This document shows positions 46,116 to 57,890 of a stretch of DNA of 64,000 bases, one piece after another (the first letter of the stretch is position 1; each line of letters opens with the position of its first letter). The position numbers and the translations under genes were made by a program. The notes below the pieces were generated by a model. That model ran no database searches, had not been told where the DNA came from, and saw nothing but the letters and a program-made list of their open reading frames with translations. The stretch is taken from the NCBI GenBank assembly GCA_964572255.1, contig CAZNEE010000006.1, positions 11,775 to 75,774 of the forward strand. The letters run 5' to 3'. Origin of the DNA: an uncultured Planctomycetia bacterium (GTDB taxonomy: Bacteria; Omnitrophota; Gorgyraeia; Tantalellales; Tantalellaceae).

Positions 46116-48182
46116 CTAAACCTGAACCCTCCCTCTAAACCGTTCAACAATGCTCTCTTTGATGCCGGCGTGTCTATCGTCTTCAAGACGGGGATCCTCT
46201 TTTACGATCCTGAAAGCTTCTTTCCTTGCCTCTTCCATTATCGCAAAGTCTCTTACAATATTGCCGAATTTCAGTTCGGGAAGGCCGCTCTGCCTTGTGC
46301 CCAAAAACTCTCCGGGGCCTCTGGTATCAAGATCTTTTTCCGCTATCATGAATCCATCGTCAGTCTCAGCCATTGTAGATAAACGTTCGCGGGATGCTTC
46401 CGTTTTGCCCTCACCGACCAGAACACAATAAGAGGCATGTTTGCCCCTTCCGATCCTTCCTCTCAATTGATGGAGCTGCGCCAACCCGTACCTCTCGGCA
46501 TGTTCCACCATGATAACCGTTACATTGGGAATATCCACACCTACCTCTATGACAGTTGTCGCGACAAGCACATCGTATTTGCCCTCGCGGAAATCGTTCA
46601 TCACTTTATCCTTGTCCTCGACCTTCATCCTCCCGTGAACAAGGGCTATGCGCAGATCCTTGAACACTTCGTTTTTAAGATGCTCGTACATGCCTTCAGC
46701 GGAAAGAAGATCCGACTTCTCCGTATTTTTTATTCTGGGATACACGATAAACGCCTGACGGCCTTCTTTTATTTCGCTTCTTAAAAACTTGTAAACCGCT
46801 TCTCTTTTGTCTTCGCCGATCCAGTAAGTAGTGACAGGCTGGCGCCCTGCCGGTTTTTCCCTGAGAAAAGAAATATCCATATCGCCGTAGACCGTTAAAG
46901 CCAGACTTCTTGGTATCGGGGTTGCCGTCATGACAAGCGTATCCGGCATTGAACCTTTCATCCTAAGCTCTTTTCTTTGGTCAACGCCGAATTTATGTTC
47001 CTCGTCTATGACAACGAGGCCGAGATTGCCGTATTCAATACCTTCCTGAAAAAGCGAATGTGTCCCTACCAGGATATCCGCGCTCCCGGAACGGAGTTCG
47101 TCCCTGATCCTTTTTTTGTCATCCTGATCGATCCCGCTAACTAATAAACGTACATTTATCCCCAAAGGCATGAGCGTCTTACTGAGCGTTATGTAATGCT
47201 GGCGCGCAAGAACCTCGGTCGGGGCCATAATAGCCGCCTGGAAACCGTTCTGGGCAGCGAGAAGCATCGCATACATGGCAACCACGGTCTTGCCGCTTCC
47301 CACGTCGCCCTGCAGCAGCCTGTACATGGGCTTCTCGGAAGCCATATCACCTTCTATTTGTTTTATGCATTTTTTCTGTTCATCCGTAAGTCCGAAGCTG
47401 AAAAGATCCTGGAAATCGCCGAGAAGGTTCTCCTGAACTTTATGCGAGATGCCTTTCTTGGTAAGTTTTTTTCTGCGCAGCGCCATTATGATCTGGAGGG
47501 TAAAAAATTCCTCGAATACAAGCCTTCTGTAAGCCTTTTTGAGGTTTTCAAAGGAATACGGAAAATGTATGTTCTGGACCGCGAATTTAAAATCTACCAG
47601 CTTCCTTCTGGCCCTTACATATGTCGGGAGAGGATCTTTCAGATGCGTAAGATGGGATCCCAGCGCCTGATGAACTATTTTTCGAAGATATCTTTGAGTA
47701 AGGTCTTCGGTTAAGGGATATATCGGCACGATCCTGCCCATATCCAGTGAATCCGAGACCTTTTCATCATCCAATATCACAAAAACAGGATGTGTTATCT
47801 GAAATTTGTTCTGGAGTTCGATCTTACCGTAGAGCATTACTTTCTTGCCCACCGTAAAATTTTTCTTTAGAAAGGGCTGATTATACCATACGGCAAAAAC
47901 CCTGTTTTTGTCGTCCCCTATCGCCACTTCCAGTATAACGGTGCCTGTTTTTGCCTTGAAAAGATTCACGCTCAAGACCTTCCCGATAGTAGCCTGAGTC
48001 TGGCCCGGCTTCAGATCGTTTATCGAGACAATATTGCTTCTATCTTCATATCTGCGCGGAAGATAATAGAAAAGATCGGATATATTCTCCACGCCGAGCC
48101 TCTTGAAAAGGTCCGATCTTTTGGGCCCGACACCCTTTATATATCGTACGGATATGGCAACAGGTGAGTTTTTCACTTGCAT
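46116..48182 (-). CDS. recG: ATP-dependent DNA helicase RecG.
   Basis: LLQGDVGSGKT (Walker A), the DEEHKFG box, and domain order and length typical of RecG. Confidence 0.9.
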   Translation of the reverse strand: MQVKNSPVAISVRYIKGVGPKRSDLFKRLGVENISDLFYYLPRRYEDRSNIVSINDLKPGQTQATIGKVLSVNLFKAKTGTVILEVAIGDDKNRVFAVWYNQPFLKKNFTVGKKVMLYGKIELQNKFQITHPVFVILDDEKVSDSLDMGRIVPIYPLTEDLTQRYLRKIVHQALGSHLTHLKDPLPTYVRARRKLVDFKFAVQNIHFPYSFENLKKAYRRLVFEEFFTLQIIMALRRKKLTKKGISHKVQENLLGDFQDLFSFGLTDEQKKCIKQIEGDMASEKPMYRLLQGDVGSGKTVVAMYAMLLAAQNGFQAAIMAPTEVLARQHYITLSKTLMPLGINVRLLVSGIDQDDKKRIRDELRSGSADILVGTHSLFQEGIEYGNLGLVVIDEEHKFGVDQRKELRMKGSMPDTLVMTATPIPRSLALTVYGDMDISFLREKPAGRQPVTTYWIGEDKREAVYKFLRSEIKEGRQAFIVYPRIKNTEKSDLLSAEGMYEHLKNEVFKDLRIALVHGRMKVEDKDKVMNDFREGKYDVLVATTVIEVGVDIPNVTVIMVEHAERYGLAQLHQLRGRIGRGKHASYCVLVGEGKTEASRERLSTMAETDDGFMIAEKDLDTRGPGEFLGTRQSGLPELKFGNIVRDFAIMEEARKEAFRIVKEDPRLEDDRHAGIKESIVERFRGRVQV

Positions 48183-48261
48183 AATATTTATTATTGTGCT
48201 AATATTTGCTCCTAATTCAAGGAATCTCGTGCGGATTTCATTATAAAAGAAAGGTATAACT

Positions 48262-48492
48262 ATGGCAAGAGAATGTTATATATGTGGGAAAAAAGCCTTA
48301 AGTGGAAAATCTATAAGCCGCCGCGGTATGGCAAAAAGTAAAGGCGGTGTCGGTCAAAGGATAACCGGGACAACCGCTCGCCGTTTTAACGTGAATTTGC
48401 AGACCGTAAATGCCATCATAGGCGGGAAAAGCAAAAAAATCAAAGCTTGCTCTAAATGCATTAAGGCGGGAAAAGTTAAAAAAGCGTCTTAA
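48262..48492 (+). CDS. rpmB: 50S ribosomal protein L28.
   Basis: MARECYICGKKALSGKSISRRG...RRFNVNLQ is the L28 signature. Confidence 0.85.
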   Translation: MARECYICGKKALSGKSISRRGMAKSKGGVGQRITGTTARRFNVNLQTVNAIIGGKSKKIKACSKCIKAGKVKKAS

Positions 48493-48504
48493 AGCTCTAT
48501 CGCC

Positions 48505-48612
48505 TCATGCCTTGATAACCATTCTAGCAAGATTAAATCTGGCAACCTTACTCCACTTGTGCATCATATCCAGTTTTTCTTTTTCATGAATTTTCTTCAT
48601 GTGTTCACGCAT
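48505..48612 (-). CDS. Unannotated small basic ORF (35 aa, MREHMKKIHEKEKLDMMHKWSKVARFNLARMVIKA) downstream of recJ.
   Basis: A strong SD GGGAGG lies 5 nt before the ATG (48612..48610). The ORF is below the 60 aa cutoff of the supplied track and was translated manually. Confidence 0.3.
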   Translation of the reverse strand: MREHMKKIHEKEKLDMMHKWSKVARFNLARMVIKA

Positions 48613-48737
48613 GATTTCCTCCCAGATAAAATTAGGGAAATTTTATCTTACTTTACTTACACTTAAAGTTTGCCATATTTTTGCCATTTAAGCAACTTTT
48701 GTAAAGTTAACATGCTAAATCTTTTGAGGTAAAAGCG

Positions 48738-50456
48738 TTAAGATTTGACGACTTGAAGGTCTTTGATATTGAGCTGAATGGTATCGATGCCTTGCCAGCT
48801 GTTTACTGAAGGGGTGTAGGCAAGGTCTATTACATTCCCCTGACTGGGTTTGGTGACTAAGTTTTTCTTGAAAGTTACCGCTTCACATGTAAGACTGCCG
48901 CAATTGGCAAGAAACTTAAACCCGCTCTTACCTATCTCGCGGGGATTGTTTTTCACCGTTAAAGCTCTTGAGGAAAATATCGGCGCGCTATTGCCGGGGC
49001 CGTACGGCATTAACAGGCGCAATTCATTCAACAGTTTCAATCCAACATGCCCGAACGGAAGATTGAGATCTATTCTAAGTTCCGGCAATATTTCTTCAAT
49101 ATTAGTAAAAAATCTTTTAGCGATCCCGTTAAAGTTCTTTTTGAATTTATCGATATTTTCTCTTTTTACCTTAACCCCGCAAGCGGCTTCATGCCCGCCG
49201 AAATCTATAAGATCATCTTTTGCCTCCATGATGGCTTCAAACAGGTTAAAACCGTCAATGCTCCTGCCGGATCCTTTAGCCACATCGCCTTCTATCGAAA
49301 AAAGTATTACCGGCACATTATATTCCTCGGTAAGGCGTGAAGCTACTATGCCGAGAACTCCGGGATGCCATGCTTCATCCGCAAGAACAATAGCCCTGTC
49401 TTTTTTAATGTCCAGTTCTTTCCCCGCCCTGCCGGAAGCCTGTTTTAATATATCCTTCTCTATTGATTGCCGGTTCCTGTTCTCTTTATCAAGCGTTCTT
49501 GCCAGTTCGCGCGCTTTCATCTTTTCTTTGCACAAAAGAAGTTCTAACGCAACATTGGCCGAACCCACTCTTCCCATGGCGTTTATTCTTGGGGCAAGCG
49601 CAAACCCTATATGACTGCATGCAAGCGTTTCAGGATTCACCCGCGCAACTTCCATCAGGGCTTTAAGCCCAGGCCTGGTCGTATCCTGCAGTTCTCTTAG
49701 GCCGGCTTTGGTAAGGATGCGATTCTCGCCTAACTGCGGCGCTACATCGGCAACCGTTCCCAGCGCAACAAGATCCAGAAGCTCATCAACCTTTTTTTCA
49801 TTGCTCTTCATCAAAGCGCGGGCTAATTTGTACGCTACACCCACCCCCGCGAGATGTTTAAAGGGATACTTGCAGTCTTTCTGGTGTGTATCGATGATCG
49901 CATAAGCGTTCGGCAGTTCCTCGCCTTCTTTTATTTCATGATGATCCGTAATAATAACATCTATACCGTAATCATTCGCACATTTCACTTCTTCTTTGGA
50001 GTTAATGCCGCAATCCACGGTGACAATAAGTTTTACACCGTCTTCCCTGGCGCGGGCTACCGCCCTTATGTTCATACCATACCCTTCCTCCAAACGGTTA
50101 GGTATGAATGTTTCATAATTTGCTTCCAGAAAATCGAAAATGGTAGAAAGGATCGCTACCGAAGTAACGCCGTCAACGTCATAATCGCCGTAAACGAGTA
50201 TTTTTTCCTTTTTCGCTACCGCTTTATGCACGCGATCCACGGCCTTAGCCATATCCTTCATGAGAAAAGGATCATGACATTCATCAAGAGTCCCGAAAAG
50301 GAACATCTTGGCCGCATCAGGCGTTCTTATCCCGCGATTTATCAGAAGCTGCGCAAAAACACCGGATATGCCAAGCGCTTCACACAGCACTTTCTGCAGC
50401 CTCGGGTTAGCTTCGTGTTCTTTCCAGATCATGTTCATGGGATTTGTTGCGGTCAA
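48738..50456 (-). CDS. recJ: Single-stranded-DNA-specific exonuclease RecJ.
   Basis: The DHH motifs YGDYDVDGVTS, TVDCG and ITDHH, plus a DHHA1 region GGHEAACG. Confidence 0.9.
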   Translation of the reverse strand: MTATNPMNMIWKEHEANPRLQKVLCEALGISGVFAQLLINRGIRTPDAAKMFLFGTLDECHDPFLMKDMAKAVDRVHKAVAKKEKILVYGDYDVDGVTSVAILSTIFDFLEANYETFIPNRLEEGYGMNIRAVARAREDGVKLIVTVDCGINSKEEVKCANDYGIDVIITDHHEIKEGEELPNAYAIIDTHQKDCKYPFKHLAGVGVAYKLARALMKSNEKKVDELLDLVALGTVADVAPQLGENRILTKAGLRELQDTTRPGLKALMEVARVNPETLACSHIGFALAPRINAMGRVGSANVALELLLCKEKMKARELARTLDKENRNRQSIEKDILKQASGRAGKELDIKKDRAIVLADEAWHPGVLGIVASRLTEEYNVPVILFSIEGDVAKGSGRSIDGFNLFEAIMEAKDDLIDFGGHEAACGVKVKRENIDKFKKNFNGIAKRFFTNIEEILPELRIDLNLPFGHVGLKLLNELRLLMPYGPGNSAPIFSSRALTVKNNPREIGKSGFKFLANCGSLTCEAVTFKKNLVTKPSQGNVIDLAYTPSVNSWQGIDTIQLNIKDLQVVKS

Positions 50457-51340
50457 TCTGTTTTTCCTCTCGGCTCAACGTGAACCACTACGTCTTTTAC
50501 GTTAGGCATAGCGCTAATTATGTTCTTTTTTATTTTAACGGTGGTTGCGTGCCCCTCTTCCACGGTCTCTTTTCCATCCACTCCTATTATAACTTCCAGG
50601 AAAAGATCTATCCCGCCCTTGCGGACCATTATGCGTTTTACTTCCTTGACCCCTTCGGAAGATCTTACTATGTTCTCTATTTTATTCCTTAGCTTTTTCG
50701 GCGGAGCCGCATCCATCAGTTCGTCATACGCGGCATGAAAAGCTTCAGCCCCTATTCTGATGATAAAACCCGCGACGATTATTCCCGCAAGCGGGTCCAA
50801 AAAAGTCCATCCTAACCTTGCCCCCGTGATCCCCACAAGAGCGGCAAACGACGATAAAACATCGCTTCTGTGATGATAGGCATCAGCCCTAAGAGATGCG
50901 CTGTTTATACGTTTGCTTGCACGGATGACGCGCCGGTAAACTATTTCTTTAACAATTATGGACAAAATAGCCGCGTAAAGAGCGATCGCGTGCGGCGCGG
51001 TCATTTTCCCCAAAACGAAGATCTTCGCCGAGTCTAGCGCTATCTTTACCCCTAAAAAGATAAGAATTAACGATACTATTTTTGCCGCTATCGACTCTGC
51101 CCGGCCGTGTCCGAAAGGATGTTCTTTATCAGCGGGTTTTTTGGCGATCTTAAAACCTACCAGAACGGTCATGCTTGTCAAAGCGTCGCTTGCCGTGTGA
51201 AACGCATCAGCGATCATCGCCTGGGATCTTCCGTAAATACCGGCAAATATCTTAACAATGAAAAGAAGCAGGTTGCTGATAATGCCTACCCAGGCGCTTT
51301 TTTCGCCTATCACATAATTTTGTTCATGGCTATAGGCCAT
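50453..51340 (-). CDS. Cation diffusion facilitator (CDF) family divalent-metal efflux transporter.
   Basis: Six TM helices with HxxxD-type motifs (ADAFHTASD, ADAYHHRSD) and a cytoplasmic C-terminal domain. Confidence 0.8.
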   Translation of the reverse strand: MAYSHEQNYVIGEKSAWVGIISNLLLFIVKIFAGIYGRSQAMIADAFHTASDALTSMTVLVGFKIAKKPADKEHPFGHGRAESIAAKIVSLILIFLGVKIALDSAKIFVLGKMTAPHAIALYAAILSIIVKEIVYRRVIRASKRINSASLRADAYHHRSDVLSSFAALVGITGARLGWTFLDPLAGIIVAGFIIRIGAEAFHAAYDELMDAAPPKKLRNKIENIVRSSEGVKEVKRIMVRKGGIDLFLEVIIGVDGKETVEEGHATTVKIKKNIISAMPNVKDVVVHVEPRGKTD

Positions 51341-51392
51341 ATTTATGAATTATGAGTTGTTTGTTCTTAGTGTGCAAATAACAAACTATTAA

Positions 51393-53618
51393 CTATCTTT
51401 TAACCTTCTTGCCCGGCCAATCGAGAAGCAATGGGCTGGCAATGAATATCGATGAATAAGTACCCACTATAACGCCTACAAGAAGCACAAATGAAAAGTC
51501 ATTGATCACCTTACCGCCGAAGAAAAAGAGTGACATGACAACAAGCAAGGTGGTCAAGGACGTAAGCGTAGTTCTTGAAAGCGTCTGATTTATGCTTGCG
51601 TTAATTATCTCGACCGGCGTAGCTTTACGCATGTATTTCCTGTCTTCCCTTATCCGGTCAAAAAGCACGATCGTATCGTTTATGGAATAACCGACGATCG
51701 TAAGAAGCGCCGCTATGACCGGCAGTGAGATCTCTCTGTGTGTTATCGCTATCATGCCGAGACTGACAAGGACGTCATGGGCAAGCGCGATTATCGCGGT
51801 TATAGCAAACCTGAATTCAAATCTGAAAGAAATGTAAATACATATACCTATCAAAGCGAATATCAAAGCTTTAATAGCCGCTCTTCTAAGATCCTCTCCG
51901 ACCGCGGGGCCTACCTCCTCCACTCTCATCACTTCGAATGAATTCGCCCCAAATTGATCCTGGAGACCTTTTATGATTTCATCTGTTTTTTCGCTAAAAG
52001 AACGTATAATTATACCCTTACCCTCGCCGAACTGCTGTATGGAAGATTCTCCGAGTCCGAGTTTCGCAAGCACGCCTCTGACCTCATTGACCGATACAAC
52101 TTCATTGAACTGGAATTGCTGCAACGTACCGCCGGTGAAATCAATACCGAAATTATTCAGGCCCCTTTTGATAAAAAGGCTCATGCCGCCGATTATTACA
52201 ACGAGCGATACAATGTACATGAGTTTACGTATCTTTACGAACGGGATGTTGGGCCTTCCGAAGAACTGAAACATCGGAAGCTTTTGCAGGTGAGTTTTGC
52301 CAAGTGTAAGCAAGTCCATTACAAGACGTGTTACCACGAGCGCCGTGAACATGCTGGCAATAATACCTATGCTCAAGGTCGTCGCAAAACCCCTGACCGG
52401 ACCGGTACCGAACTGAAAAAGTATTAATGCTGTTATCAGTGTTGTTACGTTAGCGTCAAGAATGGTCAAAAACGCTTTGTCGTAGCCCGCGCTTATAGCC
52501 GCCCTTAAAGCCTTTCCCAACTTTGATTCTTCTCTTATCCTTTCGAATATAAGAACATTGGCATCGACTGCCATACCGATGGTAAGAACCAGACCCGCGA
52601 TACCGGGCAGTGTAAGTGTTCCGCCGAAATACGCCAAAGCCCCGGTTATGATCAGAATATTCAGGACAAGAGCCAAGTCGGCAATAAGACCGGCAAGAAG
52701 ATAGTATAGCGCCATGAATGAAAGGACTAAAATGCCGCCTATAAGAATAGCGTGTATACCTTTTTGAACGGAATCTTTACCGAGAGAAGGCCCGACGCTC
52801 CTTTCTTCGATGATCTTAACGGGAGCCGGGAGAGAACCGGCGCGCAGTATGAGCGCGATATCTTTAGCTTCCTGAACGGAAAAGTTGCCCGTTATCTGGG
52901 CGCGCCCTGACGGTATTCTTTCCCTTATAACCGGAGCGGTATAAACCTCTCCGTCAAGAACTATAGCCAAACGCTTGCCGGTATTAGTGCCTGTAACCTC
53001 CGCGAAGATGTCTCCGCCTTTATCATTAAACTCGAGTGAAACATACGGCAGGCCGAATCCCTGCTGGCTGAATTCTGTTGTCGCGTTGACCAACATGTCT
53101 CCGGTCAGAACCGCGTCTTCTTTTATAAGCAGTTTTTCTTCCTTCTCATCCCTCGTCTTCATCGTCTTGACTTCATAGCCTTCGATTTTTTTGCCCTCCG
53201 CAGCGCTTTTCACAAGGTCGGGATCATCAGCTACTAACTTAAATTCCAGATGAGCGGTCTTACCGATGATAGATTTGGCGCGGTCCCTGTCAGTAATGCC
53301 GGGAAGCTGTATGAGTATCCTGTCATTTCCTTGCAGCTGGATCGTCGGTTCCATTACGCCAAACTGGTCGATTCTATTGCGTATGATCTCAAGCGCTCTC
53401 TGCGGCGCATCTTTTGCCGCGTCTTTAGTTAACTCCGAGGTATCCACCTGAAGTATAAGATGCATACCGCCTTGAAGATCAAGGCCAAGGTTGATCGTGC
53501 CCTCTTTGGCGACATTTCCCTCTTTATCGTGAACATCAAAGGGAGGATATGAAAACCATATCGCTAAGGCAGCGATTATAACTACCAAAACGCTTTTCCA
53601 TTTAAGTTTCTTCCACAT
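51393..53618 (-). CDS. secDF: Fused protein translocase subunits SecD/SecF (741 aa).
   Basis: Two RND-like 6-TM halves and a LGLDLQGG N-region. The length is consistent with a SecDF fusion. Confidence 0.85.
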   Translation of the reverse strand: MWKKLKWKSVLVVIIAALAIWFSYPPFDVHDKEGNVAKEGTINLGLDLQGGMHLILQVDTSELTKDAAKDAPQRALEIIRNRIDQFGVMEPTIQLQGNDRILIQLPGITDRDRAKSIIGKTAHLEFKLVADDPDLVKSAAEGKKIEGYEVKTMKTRDEKEEKLLIKEDAVLTGDMLVNATTEFSQQGFGLPYVSLEFNDKGGDIFAEVTGTNTGKRLAIVLDGEVYTAPVIRERIPSGRAQITGNFSVQEAKDIALILRAGSLPAPVKIIEERSVGPSLGKDSVQKGIHAILIGGILVLSFMALYYLLAGLIADLALVLNILIITGALAYFGGTLTLPGIAGLVLTIGMAVDANVLIFERIREESKLGKALRAAISAGYDKAFLTILDANVTTLITALILFQFGTGPVRGFATTLSIGIIASMFTALVVTRLVMDLLTLGKTHLQKLPMFQFFGRPNIPFVKIRKLMYIVSLVVIIGGMSLFIKRGLNNFGIDFTGGTLQQFQFNEVVSVNEVRGVLAKLGLGESSIQQFGEGKGIIIRSFSEKTDEIIKGLQDQFGANSFEVMRVEEVGPAVGEDLRRAAIKALIFALIGICIYISFRFEFRFAITAIIALAHDVLVSLGMIAITHREISLPVIAALLTIVGYSINDTIVLFDRIREDRKYMRKATPVEIINASINQTLSRTTLTSLTTLLVVMSLFFFGGKVINDFSFVLLVGVIVGTYSSIFIASPLLLDWPGKKVKR

Positions 53619-53678
53619 ATTACATTTTCCTTTCCATATAAATTTGCAACATGTATTTTTCTATTGTAAGTATGAGAC

Positions 53679-53993
53679 TTATTTCTTGAGTCTGGATATT
53701 GAACTTTTCTGAACTTTTATTCTTGTGTTATCATCCACCCGAAGAGTTATTACATCGTCCTGTATATTAACGATAGTACCGTATATGCCTCCCGAAGTTA
53801 CTACCTCGTCATTCTTTTTAAGCTCTCCGAGCATTTTTGCATGTTCCTGCTGACTCTTTTTCTGAGGCCTGATAAGCAAGAAATAAAATATGATGAAGAT
53901 CAGGGCTATAGGCAGAAGGCCCATCATGGGATTTTGCTGCGTCTGGGCCGGTTGTGCTCCGCCGGAAGCTTGCGCGAACGCTAAAGTAAGCAT
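53679..53993 (-). CDS. yajC: Preprotein translocase subunit YajC.
   Basis: A single TM followed by LIRPQKK...GGIYGTI, in the conserved yajC-secDF neighbourhood. Confidence 0.85.
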   Translation of the reverse strand: MLTLAFAQASGGAQPAQTQQNPMMGLLPIALIFIIFYFLLIRPQKKSQQEHAKMLGELKKNDEVVTSGGIYGTIVNIQDDVITLRVDDNTRIKVQKSSISRLKK

Positions 53994-54092
53994 GTTCTTT
54001 CCTTTCGGTTAACTAATTGTGGGATTAATATTAATTTTATATCGGTTTAATAATTATACATGGATTGAATGAGAAAAACAATAGCTGATTTT

Positions 54093-55564
<1,472 letters not shown>

Positions 55565-55585
55565 GTCTGGTCACCTCTTTGATTT

Positions 55586-57358
55586 TTATTGCTTATCTTT
55601 GCCCTTTCCTTTAAGTGTCTCTCCGTACATCTTCTTAACGCAATCAGGGCAAAGACCATGCGTTAAACTGGCCTTTGTCTCATCTGAAATATATTTCTCT
55701 ATCGAGACCCAAGATTTCGGGTCTTTAGGATCTTTTTGTTTTAAATGCATTTTTTTGCAGTTCACGCAAATAGGTATAAGTCCTTCTATGGTCTTGATGT
55801 GGCTTAATGCCGCTTCGAGTTCTTCGACCTTCCATTTCAATTCCTCATTTGTCTTATCTAAAAGAGCCTTCTGCTGCTGAAGTCTTTCTTCGGTCTTTTT
55901 TCTCTCGGTAGAATCCCTGAAAATACCGTGAATCAGTTTTGTCCCTCCTACATCGATAACTTTTGCGCTGATCTCAACCGGTATTTTTCTTCCGTCCCTG
56001 TGGCTTACGTAAACATCTTTTTCCTCGATCACCCCTCCCTTTCGCAAATGTTCCTTGAATATCGCTTTGTAGCGCTCGGCATCCTCCCTGGGATGGAGTT
56101 CGTATTGATGCATTCCGATGATCTTATCCGACGGCAAACCTATAAGCTCTTCGGCTTTTCTGTTCACGTAAACGATCTCTCCTGTATCTGCATCCGCGAC
56201 AAATATCGCGTCATTTGCCGCCTCCATAAGCATCCTGTATTTTTTCTCGGATTCACGCAAGGCTTCCTCGGCATTCTTGCGTTCCGTGATATCCCTCAAC
56301 ACCCCTAACATATATTTTCTGCCCGCTATGGCGACCGGCGAAGAGTTGACATCTGCCTGAAACACGCTTCCGTCCTTTCTCATCATAGGTATGTTTTTCG
56401 CCAAAGTGATCTGGCCCTTTGCCTGTTTTTCAAATTGCCTAAAAACATAAGGCAAAGCTTCCTCGGGGTGAATGTCTTTAACCTCAAGTCTTAAAAGTTC
56501 ATCCAAGGTATAGCCCAGCATCTCACACATCCTTTTATTGGCATCGAAAAACCTTGTATTGTCCATATCGGCGACCAGTATCCCGTCCATAGCTGAATTG
56601 AAAATAGCTCTTAATTTTTGCTCCGATTCTACCAGCGCCTGCTCAGACTCTCTCTGGCTTGTAACATCTTCGGCTACTTTAACAAAATGGGTGATCTCGC
56701 CGTCTTCGTTCTTTATGGGCGAGATAGCGGCTTTTTCCCAATAGATCTGGCCATTTTTCTTTTTATTCTTGAACAATCCCTGCCATTCATTGCCCTCATT
56801 TATCGTCTTCCACATTATATCCCGCTCTGCAGAAGTTTGTTCACCAATATCTCCGGCGGACCTCCCGATAATTTCCTCTTTTGAATAGCCTGTTACGTCA
56901 GTAAACCTCCGGTTCACGTATTCTATCTCGCCCTTAGTATCTGTAAGCATTATTATGCCGGGACTTTTATCTATTGCATAACTCAGCTTCCGCAGTTCAT
57001 CAGTTGCCGTCTTTTTTTCGGTCACATCCGAAGTGATCAAGACCACGTCTTCGATCTTTCCCTCCCGCTTGATTGGCCCTATGCGGGTTTCATACCATGA
57101 TATACTGCCATCCGGCCCGGTCCCCCTTATTTCATAAGTGCCGACTTCGCCTGTCTTGAAGACCTTTTCGGTGACTTCTCTTACCATGTCGTGATATTCG
57201 GGCATTATATAATCATAATGCTTACGTCCTACTGCTTCCTCAGGGGTGATCCCTGATACCGTGTGGTTGATGAACTTGATCTCACCTTTCCGATCCACTA
57301 TCATGATAATGCAGGGCGCGTTCTCAACAAGCGATTTCCATATTGCTTCAAAGACCAT
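55586..57358 (-). CDS. Multi-PAS sensor protein without a kinase domain. It ends in a coiled coil and a Cys4 (CxxC...CxxC) zinc-ribbon-like tail.
   Basis: Four PAS-like units (TDxxGxIxxVN patterns) are present. The C-terminus is LIPICVNCKKMHLKQKD...WVSIEKYISDETKASLTHGLCPDCVKK. No HisKA or HATPase motifs are seen. Confidence 0.7.
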   Translation of the reverse strand: MVFEAIWKSLVENAPCIIMIVDRKGEIKFINHTVSGITPEEAVGRKHYDYIMPEYHDMVREVTEKVFKTGEVGTYEIRGTGPDGSISWYETRIGPIKREGKIEDVVLITSDVTEKKTATDELRKLSYAIDKSPGIIMLTDTKGEIEYVNRRFTDVTGYSKEEIIGRSAGDIGEQTSAERDIMWKTINEGNEWQGLFKNKKKNGQIYWEKAAISPIKNEDGEITHFVKVAEDVTSQRESEQALVESEQKLRAIFNSAMDGILVADMDNTRFFDANKRMCEMLGYTLDELLRLEVKDIHPEEALPYVFRQFEKQAKGQITLAKNIPMMRKDGSVFQADVNSSPVAIAGRKYMLGVLRDITERKNAEEALRESEKKYRMLMEAANDAIFVADADTGEIVYVNRKAEELIGLPSDKIIGMHQYELHPREDAERYKAIFKEHLRKGGVIEEKDVYVSHRDGRKIPVEISAKVIDVGGTKLIHGIFRDSTERKKTEERLQQQKALLDKTNEELKWKVEELEAALSHIKTIEGLIPICVNCKKMHLKQKDPKDPKSWVSIEKYISDETKASLTHGLCPDCVKKMYGETLKGKGKDKQ

Positions 57359-57394
57359 ATTAACCTCTTCTATTTTAAACTTTTACCTTTGTTT

Positions 57395-57847
57395 TTATTT
57401 GTCCGACCGAACCACTTCGCCATGTTCAAGATAAAATTTACCGTTCGCCGCACAGCAATAATCATAAAATGTCTCCCCGATTATGATCATTTCTGTTTCG
57501 CCCACGTTAACATCGTTAACAGCCGTAAATATTTTCTGGCCTTTTTTACCGAGAGAGACCATAAAGCCTGAAAGACCCGCGCTCTTGACCATGTTCGTTA
57601 TATCATAGGTAGCGCCTTCTTCGTTCTTTCCTTCACGATTATTGACCATGACCTTCTCCAGCCGGATAAGGCCTGCGTCTTCGTCAATAACATATCTCGC
57701 CTCGAAACCGCTGTCATCCGGTTTAAATTCCCCGTTTTCGTAAAATCCGGCAGATGTTGATCTTGTTGTAACAGTAAGAGCAAAAACACCTGAATTAAAA
57801 CAAGAACAAAAACAAATTGTTAATATTAGAATCGTTATTTTTTTCAT
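57395..57847 (-). CDS. Secreted hypothetical protein (150 aa) with a signal peptide.
   Basis: The N-terminus MKKITILILTICFCSCFNSGVFA looks like a signal peptide. No recognisable domain follows. Confidence 0.5.
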   Translation of the reverse strand: MKKITILILTICFCSCFNSGVFALTVTTRSTSAGFYENGEFKPDDSGFEARYVIDEDAGLIRLEKVMVNNREGKNEEGATYDITNMVKSAGLSGFMVSLGKKGQKIFTAVNDVNVGETEMIIIGETFYDYCCAANGKFYLEHGEVVRSDK

Positions 57848-57890
57848 CTCTCTCCTGTTTACCCGTAATACATCACTTGCAGCAGGCAGC

